NCBI GenBank assembly: GCA_045543495.1
Contig: JAZQMO010000028.1
Location: 1,446 to 65,445, forward strand
Length of the DNA stretch: 64,000 nucleotides
Direction: 5' to 3'
From: Eubacteriales bacterium
Lineage (GTDB): Bacteria; Bacillota; Clostridia; Oscillospirales; SIG627
A program made the position numbers and the translations under genes. Shown one piece after another: positions 20,739-29,761 of the stretch; position 1 is the first letter of the stretch, and each line of letters starts with the position of its first letter. The notes below the pieces were generated by a model. It worked only from the letters and a program-made list of their open reading frames with translations. It had not been told where the DNA came from and did no database searches.

Positions 20739-21211
20739 AGCGAATTGCCGTCTGTCCCGGAAGCTATGATCCCATAACGGTGGGACACGCCCGCCTCATT
20801 CGCCGTGCCGCCGAGCTGTTCGGCGCCTGCGAGGTGGTGGTGATGAACAACAGGGAGAAAACCTATCGCTTTTCCATGGAGGAGCGTCTGGCGTTTTGCA
20901 AGGCAGCCTTTCAAGAGGATGAAAACATTTCGGTTTTTTCCTACGAAGGAATGCTCTATGAGTATTTGGCCGGCAGAAAGGACAGCGCCGTTTTGGTCAA
21001 GGGCGTTCGAAACGAAAAGGACTTTCTCTATGAGCGCAAAATGGCCGCCTTCAATCTGGAGCATTGCGGGGTGCAAACCCTGTATTTGGATGCCGAAGAG
21101 GAAATGGAGAGCATCTCTTCCACCTTGGTTCGGGAGAAAATGGATCAAAAGGAGGATCTTTCGGGGCTTTTGCCGAAGGAAGTCATAAAACTTTTCCCAA
21201 ACAAATTGTAA
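20735..21211 (+). CDS. coaD: Phosphopantetheine adenylyltransferase
   Basis: CPGSYDPITVGH nucleotidyltransferase motif. The start overlaps the rsmD stop (ATGA). Confidence 0.95.
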   Translation: MKRIAVCPGSYDPITVGHARLIRRAAELFGACEVVVMNNREKTYRFSMEERLAFCKAAFQEDENISVFSYEGMLYEYLAGRKDSAVLVKGVRNEKDFLYERKMAAFNLEHCGVQTLYLDAEEEMESISSTLVREKMDQKEDLSGLLPKEVIKLFPNKL

Positions 21212-21250
21212 ACATTTTGTGAACAAGTGCTCTATTTTATCCTAAAACTA

Positions 21251-21279
21251 TTGAAATTTATAAAATACTCCGCTATAAT
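21251..21279 (+). promoter_or_regulatory. Sigma-A type promoter of the dcw (mraZ) operon
   Basis: TTGAAA at 21251-21256, a 17-nt spacer, then TATAAT at 21274-21279. Confidence 0.65.
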
Positions 21280-21293
21280 GGGTCTCAGAGGGG

Positions 21294-21312
21294 AAAAAGT
21301 GGTAAAAAGTGG
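21294..21312 (+). promoter_or_regulatory. Candidate MraZ operator (10-bp phased direct repeats)
   Basis: AAAAAGTGG occurs at 21294-21302 and again at 21304-21312, followed by a degenerate GTGAAA. GTGG-type repeats at helical spacing downstream of the mraZ promoter fit the known MraZ binding-site architecture. Confidence 0.5.
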
Positions 21313-21346
21313 GTGAAATAATCCATTTTTACCTGTCTTTTCCTAT

Positions 21347-21380
21347 CCCCTCCCATATAGAGGGGTATTTTTTATTTTTA
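21347..21380 (+). terminator. Terminator-like hairpin in the mraZ 5' leader
   Basis: CCCCTC / GAGGGG stem with a 7-nt loop, followed by TATTTTTTATTTTTA. It lies between the promoter/operator and the mraZ RBS. Confidence 0.4.
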
Positions 21381-21410
21381 TTCAGATTATATTAAGAAAG
21401 GAGTGATCCC

Positions 21411-21845
21411 GTGATCCGTGCTTTTTCAGGCGAGTATAAGTGCTCGGCAGATGCCAAAGGCCGTCTTTTGGTTCCCGTGAAGCTGCGTGAGCTGTTTCCC
21501 GAAGGGGAGAGTATGATCTTGGTTCGCTCCTTGGATTCTTGTATCAGCCTTTATTCCGAGGGCGTTTGGAGCGTGTTTGAGGAAAAGATCGCCGCTATGC
21601 CTTCCACCGAGGCAAGAGATGTGCGCCGCTTCTTCTATGCTTCCATGCAGCCCGCTGAGCCCGATGCACAGGGCAGAATCCTGCTTCCCGTTCAGCTTCG
21701 GGAATATGCAGGCATTACCAAAAACGTGGTGGTCCTCGGTTGCGGCGATCATGTGGAGATCTGGGATGAGGAGGGCTACCGCTCTTACACCGAAAGCACC
21801 CGTACCGCCTCCATTGAAGAAATCTTAAAGAGGAACGGTCTGTAA
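21411..21845 (+). CDS. mraZ: Transcriptional regulator MraZ
   Basis: Two SpoVT/AbrB-like halves carry DAKGRLLVP and DAQGRILLP. The start is GTG, with AAGGAG upstream. Confidence 0.95.
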   Translation: MIRAFSGEYKCSADAKGRLLVPVKLRELFPEGESMILVRSLDSCISLYSEGVWSVFEEKIAAMPSTEARDVRRFFYASMQPAEPDAQGRILLPVQLREYAGITKNVVVLGCGDHVEIWDEEGYRSYTESTRTASIEEILKRNGL

Positions 21846-22777
21846 TGGCGTTTTCTCATAAGCCGGTTTTGTTTTACGAAACCGTAGACGGACTGAACGT
21901 TAAGCCCGACGGGGTTTATGTGGACTGCACCTTGGGCGGGGCAGGGCATTCCTCCTTGCTGCTGTCAAGGCTCACCACAGGTCGACTGATCGCCTTTGAT
22001 CAGGATCCCGCCGCCATTGAAAATGCCAAGATCCGCCTTCGGGAATACGAAGGAAAATTTGAGCTTGTCAATTCCAATTTCTCCACTGCCGATGAGGTGC
22101 TCACCCGTCTGTGTCCCGATGGGATCGACGGCGCTATGATCGACCTCGGGGTTTCCTCCCATCAGCTGGATACCGCCGAGCGTGGCTTTTCCTATCATTT
22201 GGATGCCCCCCTTGATATGCGAATGGATCCCACCGCACCCCTCTCTGCCTTCGATGTGGTCAACACCTATTCCTTCGGCGACCTGTGTCGTATTTTGAGG
22301 GATTATGGGGAAGAGAAGAGAGCGGCGGCCATTGCCAAAAACATCATCCGCCATCGGGAAGAGGCGGCCATTAAAACCACCTCGGCTCTTTCCGAGATCA
22401 TCAAGGAGGCCTTTCCTCCCAAGGAGCGCTTTGAAGGAAAGCACCCCGCCAGAAGAAGCTTTCAGGCCATTCGCATTGAGGTCAACCACGAATTGGATGT
22501 GATTCCCGTGGTACTGAGAGCCTTGGTGAAGCACTTAAAGCCCGGCGGCAGGCTTTCCGTTATCACATTCCATTCCTTAGAGGATCGGATCGTGAAGGAG
22601 GAAATGAAATCCTTTGCAGAGGGCTGTACCTGCCCGAGAGACTTTCCCGTTTGTGTTTGCGGCTTTGTTCCGAAATTAAAGCTTATTACCCGCAAGCCCA
22701 TTGTTCCGAGCCCCGAGGAAGAAAAAGAAAATCCGAGAAGCCGCAGCGCAAAGCTCAGAGTTGCGGAGAAACTATAA
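21845..22777 (+). CDS. rsmH: 16S rRNA (cytosine1402-N4)-methyltransferase RsmH
   Basis: HKPVL...DCTLGGAGHS...DLGVSSHQLD motifs. Confidence 0.95.
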   Translation: MAFSHKPVLFYETVDGLNVKPDGVYVDCTLGGAGHSSLLLSRLTTGRLIAFDQDPAAIENAKIRLREYEGKFELVNSNFSTADEVLTRLCPDGIDGAMIDLGVSSHQLDTAERGFSYHLDAPLDMRMDPTAPLSAFDVVNTYSFGDLCRILRDYGEEKRAAAIAKNIIRHREEAAIKTTSALSEIIKEAFPPKERFEGKHPARRSFQAIRIEVNHELDVIPVVLRALVKHLKPGGRLSVITFHSLEDRIVKEEMKSFAEGCTCPRDFPVCVCGFVPKLKLITRKPIVPSPEEEKENPRSRSAKLRVAEKL

Positions 22778-22796
22778 AAGAAAAGGAGATTTGGTC

Positions 22797-23438
22797 ATGG
22801 ATGCGATGTATCGCAAAAAGGCCCGTGAAGCCGAAGAAGCGCGCAAGGCAAAAAAGCAAGCCGAAAAAAATCACGTAGCCGATGATTATAATCCCAAGCT
22901 TCGCCCCCGTGAGAACCACCCCGATTCCATTGATTCCGAAAAGAGAATTTCCAAAAATTTGAATAAACTCAACCGCCGTCTGGTCACCTCGCCCTTGGCA
23001 GAAGAAAAGGGAGCCGTGGAGGCCGTGACAGCAGGGGAGGACCGTGGAGCAAGGGTCGTGACCCGCTCTGCTGCCGTGAAGGCGCCCGCTCCTCTTGCGA
23101 TTATTTTTTCCTGCGCACTGATCGCCGTGGTGTTTATGTATATGCTCACCCTGTCGGTTCAGATCGAGGAATACACCCTTTCCATCGATCGTATGGAATC
23201 CCAGATCGCCGAATTGAAGGAAGAAGCAACCCAATTGGAGGTGCAGCTGGAGAATAAGTACGATCTGGATGAGGTGGAGCGAATTGCCACGCAGGAGCTT
23301 GGTATGGTAGCTGCTTCCTCCCTGCCGAAAAAGTATGTCTCCGTGGTAGAAGAGGGAGATGTATGGGAAGAATCGGAAAAAGAGGAGAAATCCTTTTTTG
23401 AAAAGCTATTCGGAAAAGGGGATAAAACCGAGGAATAA
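22797..23438 (+). CDS. ftsL: FtsL-like cell division protein (basic N-terminal tail, one TM, coiled coil)
   Basis: It occupies the position after rsmH. It has a single TM (LAIIFSCALIAVVFMYMLTL) followed by a leucine-zipper-like helix. ATG 22797 has AAGGAG upstream. Confidence 0.6.
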   Translation: MDAMYRKKAREAEEARKAKKQAEKNHVADDYNPKLRPRENHPDSIDSEKRISKNLNKLNRRLVTSPLAEEKGAVEAVTAGEDRGARVVTRSAAVKAPAPLAIIFSCALIAVVFMYMLTLSVQIEEYTLSIDRMESQIAELKEEATQLEVQLENKYDLDEVERIATQELGMVAASSLPKKYVSVVEEGDVWEESEKEEKSFFEKLFGKGDKTEE

Positions 23439-23481
23439 AGACCTTTTGCCGAGAATATGAATAAGGTAAGGAGTCAAATTT

Positions 23482-23508
23482 GAGTAAAGGAAGGCCTTTA
23501 CTCTTTTT
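23482..23508 (+). terminator. Intrinsic terminator inside the dcw cluster (between ftsL and the PBP gene)
   Basis: 9-bp stem GAGTAAAGG / CCTTTACTC with loop AAGG, followed by TTTTT. Confidence 0.6.
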
Positions 23509-23544
23509 GACCATATAGACGAACCCGAGAAAGGAGAAGAGCGA

Positions 23545-25890
23545 ATGTTTGAGAATTTGCAGCCCGGTCGATTAAAACTGAACAAGCGCTGTACCGTGAT
23601 CCTTGTGTTCTTTATCGTCTGCGGCATCGCTCTTGCATCCCGACTTTTTTATTTGCAGATCGTAAATTTTGATAAGTATCAGTCCGATACGGTCAATCAG
23701 TACACCAAGGAAACGGTCATTCAAGCCAAGCGCGGTACCATCTATGACCGCAATATGAAGGTTCTCGCCATCAGTACCACGGTGGAGAGAGTGTTCATTT
23801 CCCCCAATACCATCCCCAATCAGACCGTCGCCGCTTATGTGGAAAGCGTGGTGGAAAAGATCAGGGATGAGGATGACAGAAAAGCAGAAAGAACCCGCCT
23901 TTTGGCTCAGTTTCAGAATGCTTCCCTCACCGTGGCACAGGACATTGCCAATGAGCTTTCCGCCCACCTTGGGGTAGAGGCAAGTATGGTAATGGAAAAA
24001 GCGGCCAAGACCCACCGTGCCGATGAGACCATCAAAAAGCAGGTGGACCTGGAGGTCACCGCCAAGATCAAGGAAATGGTGGCGGCCAAAAAGTATTCTG
24101 CCTTCATCCATTTTTCCGAGGAATCCAAGCGCTATTATCCTTACGCCAATCTTGCCAGCCACGTGCTGGGCTTTACCGGAACCGACGGCTACGGCCTGAC
24201 GGGCGTGGAGGCCTACTACAATGAATTGCTCTCCGGTGAAAACGGCAAGATCGTATCTGCCAAGGACGGTCTCGGAAACGATATGAGCACCAAGTACGAA
24301 AGCTATATCGACGCCGTGGACGGCACCGATCTGATGCTCACCTTGGACTGGACCTGCCAGAGCATTTTGGAAAAATATCTGCAGGAGGCCTTGGAGGATT
24401 CTCAGGCACGAAACCGAGTGGCGGGCATTATTATGGACGTAAACTCGGGCGATCTTCTTGCCATGTCCACCAAGCCCGACTTTGACTTAAACGATCCCTA
24501 CACCATGGATGCGGTGACTCAAGCCCTTTTGGATGCCTTTGAGGGCACCGAGGAGGAGAAAAAGGAATACCGCAGTGCTTTGCTCAATGAAATTTGGAAA
24601 AACAAGGCAGTAACGGAGCTTTATGAGCCCGGCTCCACATTTAAGATCATAACCTCCGCTATGGTGCTGGAGGAAAACCTCGTCACCAGTACGGAAAACT
24701 TCACCTGCTACGGCTACATTCGCATTCCGGGTCTTTCTCAGCCCATTCATTGCCACAAGCGAGCAGGTCACGGCACCCTTCAGTTTGAGGGTGCGCTGGG
24801 CAACTCCTGCAACCCCTTCTTCGTTACCATGAGCCAAAGACTTGGAAAGGAAACCTTTTACAAGTACTATAAGGCCTTCGGCTATAAGGAGACCACAGGT
24901 GTCGATATTTACGGTGAGGCCTCCAACCTCTTCTTTAATATGGATACCTACTCCTCGGTAGACGCGGCCTGTGCCTCCTTCGGTCAGAACTTTAAGGTCA
25001 CGCCCATTTCTCACCTGAGAGCCATTTGCTCCGTTGCCAACGGCGGCTATCTTGTGACGCCTCACGTATTAAAGGCAAGTCTCGATGCCGATGGCAATGT
25101 GGTGGAAAGCTTCGGCACCGAGGTGAAGCGTCAGGTGGTCTCCACAGAAAACTGCGAGATCATTTGGGGATATCTTCATCGAAGCGTAAGCGGAGAAACC
25201 GGCGGCAACCGCAATGCGGGCGTTCAGGGCTACAAGATCGCAGCCAAAACCGGTACCTCCGTAAAAACAGAAAAGAGCCAAGGGGAAGAGAAATTCTATG
25301 TTTCCTCCTGTGTGGCCTTTGCCCCCGCAGATGACCCCGAGGTAGCGGTGATCCTTTTGGTGGATGAGCCCGTGGGAAGCTACTATGCTTCCGTGGTCTC
25401 CTCTCCCTATGTGGCAAAAATTCTTGCCGAGGTTCTTCCTTATTTGGGAATCGAGCCCGAATATACACAGGAGGAAATTGCCGAGCTCGGTGTTACCATT
25501 CCCGATTACACCGGCAGAAGCCTGGCTTATGCCTCCGGTAACCTGAAAGAAAAGAAGATCAACTTCCAGACGCTCGGCAACGGCTCCAATATCGTAGCAC
25601 AGTCTCCCGCCGCAGGCAGTAAGGTCTCGGCAGGAGGAAAGGTGATCCTTTATACGGAGGACGGCCTGCAGGCCAATACTGCCACCGTTCCCAATGTGGT
25701 GGGGCTCTCTGCCGCCGCCGCCAATCAGGCCATTATCAATGCGGGCCTGAACATTGAGATCACATCGGGTACGCTCTCTGCCGTGCAGGGCGCTACCGCA
25801 GTGAAGCAAAGCCTTGCCCCCGGAGAAAAGGTTCTCCCCGGCACGGTGATCACGGTAGATTTCCGCCACAGCGGAGACAATACAGACTAA
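23545..25890 (+). CDS. Class B penicillin-binding protein (FtsI/PBP2B/SpoVD type) with two C-terminal PASTA domains
   Basis: Transpeptidase motifs STFK, SCN (SxN) and KTGT, an N-terminal TM plus dimerisation domain, and two PASTA-like repeats at the C-terminus. Confidence 0.9.
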   Translation: MFENLQPGRLKLNKRCTVILVFFIVCGIALASRLFYLQIVNFDKYQSDTVNQYTKETVIQAKRGTIYDRNMKVLAISTTVERVFISPNTIPNQTVAAYVESVVEKIRDEDDRKAERTRLLAQFQNASLTVAQDIANELSAHLGVEASMVMEKAAKTHRADETIKKQVDLEVTAKIKEMVAAKKYSAFIHFSEESKRYYPYANLASHVLGFTGTDGYGLTGVEAYYNELLSGENGKIVSAKDGLGNDMSTKYESYIDAVDGTDLMLTLDWTCQSILEKYLQEALEDSQARNRVAGIIMDVNSGDLLAMSTKPDFDLNDPYTMDAVTQALLDAFEGTEEEKKEYRSALLNEIWKNKAVTELYEPGSTFKIITSAMVLEENLVTSTENFTCYGYIRIPGLSQPIHCHKRAGHGTLQFEGALGNSCNPFFVTMSQRLGKETFYKYYKAFGYKETTGVDIYGEASNLFFNMDTYSSVDAACASFGQNFKVTPISHLRAICSVANGGYLVTPHVLKASLDADGNVVESFGTEVKRQVVSTENCEIIWGYLHRSVSGETGGNRNAGVQGYKIAAKTGTSVKTEKSQGEEKFYVSSCVAFAPADDPEVAVILLVDEPVGSYYASVVSSPYVAKILAEVLPYLGIEPEYTQEEIAELGVTIPDYTGRSLAYASGNLKEKKINFQTLGNGSNIVAQSPAAGSKVSAGGKVILYTEDGLQANTATVPNVVGLSAAAANQAIINAGLNIEITSGTLSAVQGATAVKQSLAPGEKVLPGTVITVDFRHSGDNTD

Positions 25891-25912
25891 AACGAGAAAG
25901 GGAGGAAATGAT

Positions 25913-27382
25913 ATGAAACTGAAGGATCTTTTATCCGATATTGCGGTGCTCGAATGGTGCGCCGATCCCGAAACCGAGGTGCTCAGCGTTTCCTCCGATA
26001 GCCGATCCATCGGAAAAGGCGCCGCTTTTGTGGCTCTCAAGGGCCTGAAGGTGGATGGCAGACAGTGGATCCCCGCCGCCTTTGAAAAGGGCGCCGTGGT
26101 GGCCATTTGTCAGGAAAAGCCCGAGGAAGAGGTTCCCTATGTTCTCTTGGAGGACACCCGAGGAAATCTTGCGCCCATTCTTGCCAATTTCTATTCCCAC
26201 CCCGAAAAAAGCTTTCGCAGGATCATTGGCATTACGGGAACCAACGGAAAAACCACCACTTCCTTTATGCTTCGTAACATTTTCCGTGAGGCGGGTCATA
26301 AAACAGGCCTCATCGGCACCACAAAATATATGATCTGCGATAGGGAATACCCCGTAGATGAAGCCAAGAGTCTTTTGACCACCCCCGATCCCGAGCTTTT
26401 GTTTGAGCTGTTTGATGCTATGCGCCGAGAAGGGGTCGATACGGTGATTATGGAGGCCTCCAGCCACGCACTTGCTTTCAATAAATTGGCGGGCGTTCCC
26501 TTTACCCTCGGTATTTTTACCAACCTCACCCGAGACCATTTGGATTTCCACCATACCATGGAGGAATATAGGGAAGCCAAGAAAAAGCTGTTTCGTGTGG
26601 CAAAGGTGGGCATTCTCAATCAGGATGATCCCTCCTTTTCCAAAATGTGTGAGGATGTTACTTGCCTTGTCAAGAGCTATTCTGCCAAGAGCGAAAAAAG
26701 CGATTTTTGTGCCAAGGAGATCCATACGGAAAGTGAAAAGGAGATCTCCTATCTGATGAAATCCTCCGAGGGAATGGAGGAGATCACCCTTCCCATTCCG
26801 GGAGATTTCAATGTGTATAATTCTCTCGCCGCCGCTTCCGCTGCCTTGGAATGCGGAATCCCCTTTGATGTGATCCGCTCGGCTCTCGGAAAAATGGAGG
26901 GCGTCAAGGGAAGAATTGAACGGATCCCCACCGATACTCCTTATTCGGTCTTTATCGATTTTGCCCACACGCCCGATGCCTTGGAGAACATTCTCTCCAC
27001 CCTTCGGGGCTTCACCAAGGGTCGCCTTGTGACCCTGTTCGGCTGCGGGGGCGACCGAGACCGTACCAAGCGTCCCATAATGGGGCAGATCGCCTGTGAA
27101 ATGAGCGATTTCGTCGTTGTGACCTCAGACAATTCCCGCAGTGAAAAGAAGGAAGATATCATCTCCGATATCGTGGCGGGAATGCAGGATACCAAGACCC
27201 CCTATGTGACAATTCCCGACCGTACCGAGGCCATCCGCTTTGCTCTTTCCGAGGCCAAGGAGGGAGATGTGATCCTCCTTGCAGGAAAGGGACACGAGGA
27301 ATATGAGATCGACGAGGCGGGAAAAAGACCGTACAGTGAAAGAAACATCGTTTTGGAATATATCGGAGAAGAAGTAAAATGA
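25913..27382 (+). CDS. murE: UDP-N-acetylmuramoyl-L-alanyl-D-glutamate--2,6-diaminopimelate ligase
   Basis: Mur ligase P-loop GITGTNGKTTT. The dcw position is as expected. DNSR replaces the usual DNPR. Confidence 0.93.
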   Translation: MKLKDLLSDIAVLEWCADPETEVLSVSSDSRSIGKGAAFVALKGLKVDGRQWIPAAFEKGAVVAICQEKPEEEVPYVLLEDTRGNLAPILANFYSHPEKSFRRIIGITGTNGKTTTSFMLRNIFREAGHKTGLIGTTKYMICDREYPVDEAKSLLTTPDPELLFELFDAMRREGVDTVIMEASSHALAFNKLAGVPFTLGIFTNLTRDHLDFHHTMEEYREAKKKLFRVAKVGILNQDDPSFSKMCEDVTCLVKSYSAKSEKSDFCAKEIHTESEKEISYLMKSSEGMEEITLPIPGDFNVYNSLAAASAALECGIPFDVIRSALGKMEGVKGRIERIPTDTPYSVFIDFAHTPDALENILSTLRGFTKGRLVTLFGCGGDRDRTKRPIMGQIACEMSDFVVVTSDNSRSEKKEDIISDIVAGMQDTKTPYVTIPDRTEAIRFALSEAKEGDVILLAGKGHEEYEIDEAGKRPYSERNIVLEYIGEEVK

Positions 27383-28743
27383 TCTTAACACTTCAAGAAA
27401 TCACCGAAGCCGTAGGCGGCAAGCTTTACGGAAACGGACACGCCGTGATCTGCGGCATTTCTACCGACTCCAGAAAAGCAGTGGAGGGCGAAATCTTTGT
27501 TGCTCTGCGTGGCGAACGCTTTGACGGCCACGATTTTATCCCCGATGTGGCAGAAAAATGCAGTGCGGTGCTCACCGAGGTGAAAACCGATCTGATGGAC
27601 TGCATCGTGGTTCCCGATACCTTGAAGGCTCTCGGCGTTTTGTCTGCCTATTGGAAAAAGAAGGTCAATCCTCCCATCACCGTAGGCGTTACGGGCTCCG
27701 TGGGAAAAACCACCACCAAGGAGCTGATCGCATCGGTTCTGAAGGAAAAGTATAAGACCCACTTTACCGAAGGAAATCTCAATAACCACATCGGCGTTCC
27801 CATCACCCTGATTCGCATTGAAGAGGGGTGTGAGGCCGTGGTATGTGAAATGGGAATGAGCGGCAAGGGCGAAATTGAGTATTTAACGGGCCTTGTACGC
27901 CCCAACCTTGCCGTGATCACCAACATCGGCACCTCCCACATGGAGCTTTTGGGCTCCCGTGAGGGGATTTTGGAGGCCAAGCTTGAGATCCTTGCGGGAA
28001 TGGAGAAGGGAAGTACCCTGATCTTGGACGGCGATGAGCCGCTTTTGCGCTCCGAAAAGGTGCAGGCCCTTTTGGAGGGGTATCGTGTGATCTACGTGGG
28101 CTTCGGCACCTCCAACGATATTTACCCCTTGGATATCTATAAGGGAAGTGAGCACATTTCCTTTGATGTGATTGCCAAAAATCAGGAATTTCGTGTCAAG
28201 GTGCCCGCCGTGGGGGATCACTTTGTGAAAAACACCCTGTTTGCGGCTGCCGTGGGAATTGCCTCGGGTGTGGAGGAAAAGCAGATCCAAAACGGTATTT
28301 CCGCTTATGCTCCCTCGGGCCTTCGTCAAAGAATCTATGAAAAGAACGGCATCCGTGTGATCGCCGATTGCTACAATGCCTCCCCCGAATCCATGACCGC
28401 TTCTCTTCGGGTCTTGTCCGAATCGGAGGGCAGAAAAATTGCCGTCCTCGGGGATATGCTGGAGCTCGGCTATCTTTCGGAAGGCGCCCATAAAAAGGTC
28501 GGAAAAGAGGCCGTGGAAGCAGGTGCCAATGCGCTTTTTACCTACGGAAAGGCCAGCTACCACATTTTGCTTGGTGCTCTGGAGGAGGGAATGGAAAAGA
28601 AGCTTGTTTCCAATTACATTGACTCCACCGCTCTTTCCGAGGCTCTGAAAAAGACCTTGAAGCCCGGCGATACGGTACTGTTTAAGGCATCCAGAAAAAT
28701 GAAGCTTGAGGAAATAATCGCGCTCTGCGGGTTAACGGAATAG
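27379..28743 (+). CDS. murF: UDP-N-acetylmuramoyl-tripeptide--D-alanyl-D-alanine ligase
   Basis: GVTGSVGKTTTKE P-loop. The start overlaps the murE stop (ATGA). Confidence 0.95.
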   Translation: MILTLQEITEAVGGKLYGNGHAVICGISTDSRKAVEGEIFVALRGERFDGHDFIPDVAEKCSAVLTEVKTDLMDCIVVPDTLKALGVLSAYWKKKVNPPITVGVTGSVGKTTTKELIASVLKEKYKTHFTEGNLNNHIGVPITLIRIEEGCEAVVCEMGMSGKGEIEYLTGLVRPNLAVITNIGTSHMELLGSREGILEAKLEILAGMEKGSTLILDGDEPLLRSEKVQALLEGYRVIYVGFGTSNDIYPLDIYKGSEHISFDVIAKNQEFRVKVPAVGDHFVKNTLFAAAVGIASGVEEKQIQNGISAYAPSGLRQRIYEKNGIRVIADCYNASPESMTASLRVLSESEGRKIAVLGDMLELGYLSEGAHKKVGKEAVEAGANALFTYGKASYHILLGALEEGMEKKLVSNYIDSTALSEALKKTLKPGDTVLFKASRKMKLEEIIALCGLTE

Positions 28744-28747
28744 GACT

Positions 28748-29728
28748 ATGAATCAAAATATTTGGATCCTTTTGGCATCCTTTGCACTGACCGTTTTTTT
28801 TACCTTCCTGTTGGAAAAGAAATTCATCCCCTTTTTGATGCGGATCAAAATGGGACAGACCATTTTGGAGATCGGCCCCCGTTGGCATAAATCCAAGGAG
28901 GGAACTCCCACTATGGGCGGGATCTTCTTCATTCTTGCCATCACGGTCGTCACCCTCGCTTTTTCCTTGCCCACATCCATCAAAACAGGGGATTTCAGCC
29001 TTGTTAAGGTTCTTGTGATGATGCTGCTTTTTGGTGTAGTCGGCTTTGTTGACGACTTTACCAAATTTGTGAAAAAGCAAAACAAGGGCTTGACCGCCAA
29101 ACAAAAAATGATCCTTCAGTTTGTCATTGCGGCTCTGTTTTTGTATTCCATGAAGGATCGCCTGACCACCTCGCTTGCCCTTCCGTTTACCGATATTCGC
29201 TTGGAGCTCGGTGTGGTCTACTGGGCTCTTGCCCTTCTGTTTATTGTGTATGTGGTCAACGCCGTGAACCTGACCGATGGGATCGACGGTCTTGCTTCAG
29301 GCATCAGCTTTGTTGCCTTCGTATTTTTTGCCATTGCGGCGTATTTGGTCGGAAACACCCAACTTTCCGTGCTCTCCGCCTCTCTTTGCGGCGGTATGAT
29401 CGGCTTTCTTCTGTATAATTATTATCCCGCCCGCATCTTTATGGGGGATACCGGCTCTCTCTTCCTGGGCGGAGCCGTGGTGGGAGCCGCTTTTTGGCTT
29501 GACAATCCGCTTTTGATCGTTTTTGTGGGACTGATCTTCATTTGGGAGGCCGTCAGCGTGGTGCTGCAGGTCATTTCCTTTCAGACCACGGGAAAGAGAA
29601 TTTTCCGTATGGCACCCTTCCACCACCACCTTGAAATGGGCGGCTGGAAGGAAACCAAGATCGTATCCGTCTTTTCCTTTATCACGGCACTTTTGTCTGT
29701 GCTTGCATACTTTGCATATCTTTATTAA
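28748..29728 (+). CDS. mraY: Phospho-N-acetylmuramoyl-pentapeptide-transferase
   Basis: 10-TM protein with NLTDGIDGLA and HHHLE motifs. Confidence 0.97.
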   Translation: MNQNIWILLASFALTVFFTFLLEKKFIPFLMRIKMGQTILEIGPRWHKSKEGTPTMGGIFFILAITVVTLAFSLPTSIKTGDFSLVKVLVMMLLFGVVGFVDDFTKFVKKQNKGLTAKQKMILQFVIAALFLYSMKDRLTTSLALPFTDIRLELGVVYWALALLFIVYVVNAVNLTDGIDGLASGISFVAFVFFAIAAYLVGNTQLSVLSASLCGGMIGFLLYNYYPARIFMGDTGSLFLGGAVVGAAFWLDNPLLIVFVGLIFIWEAVSVVLQVISFQTTGKRIFRMAPFHHHLEMGGWKETKIVSVFSFITALLSVLAYFAYLY

Positions 29729-29761
29729 ATTTTGTTGATTCTATTCGGAAAGGAGATTTGT

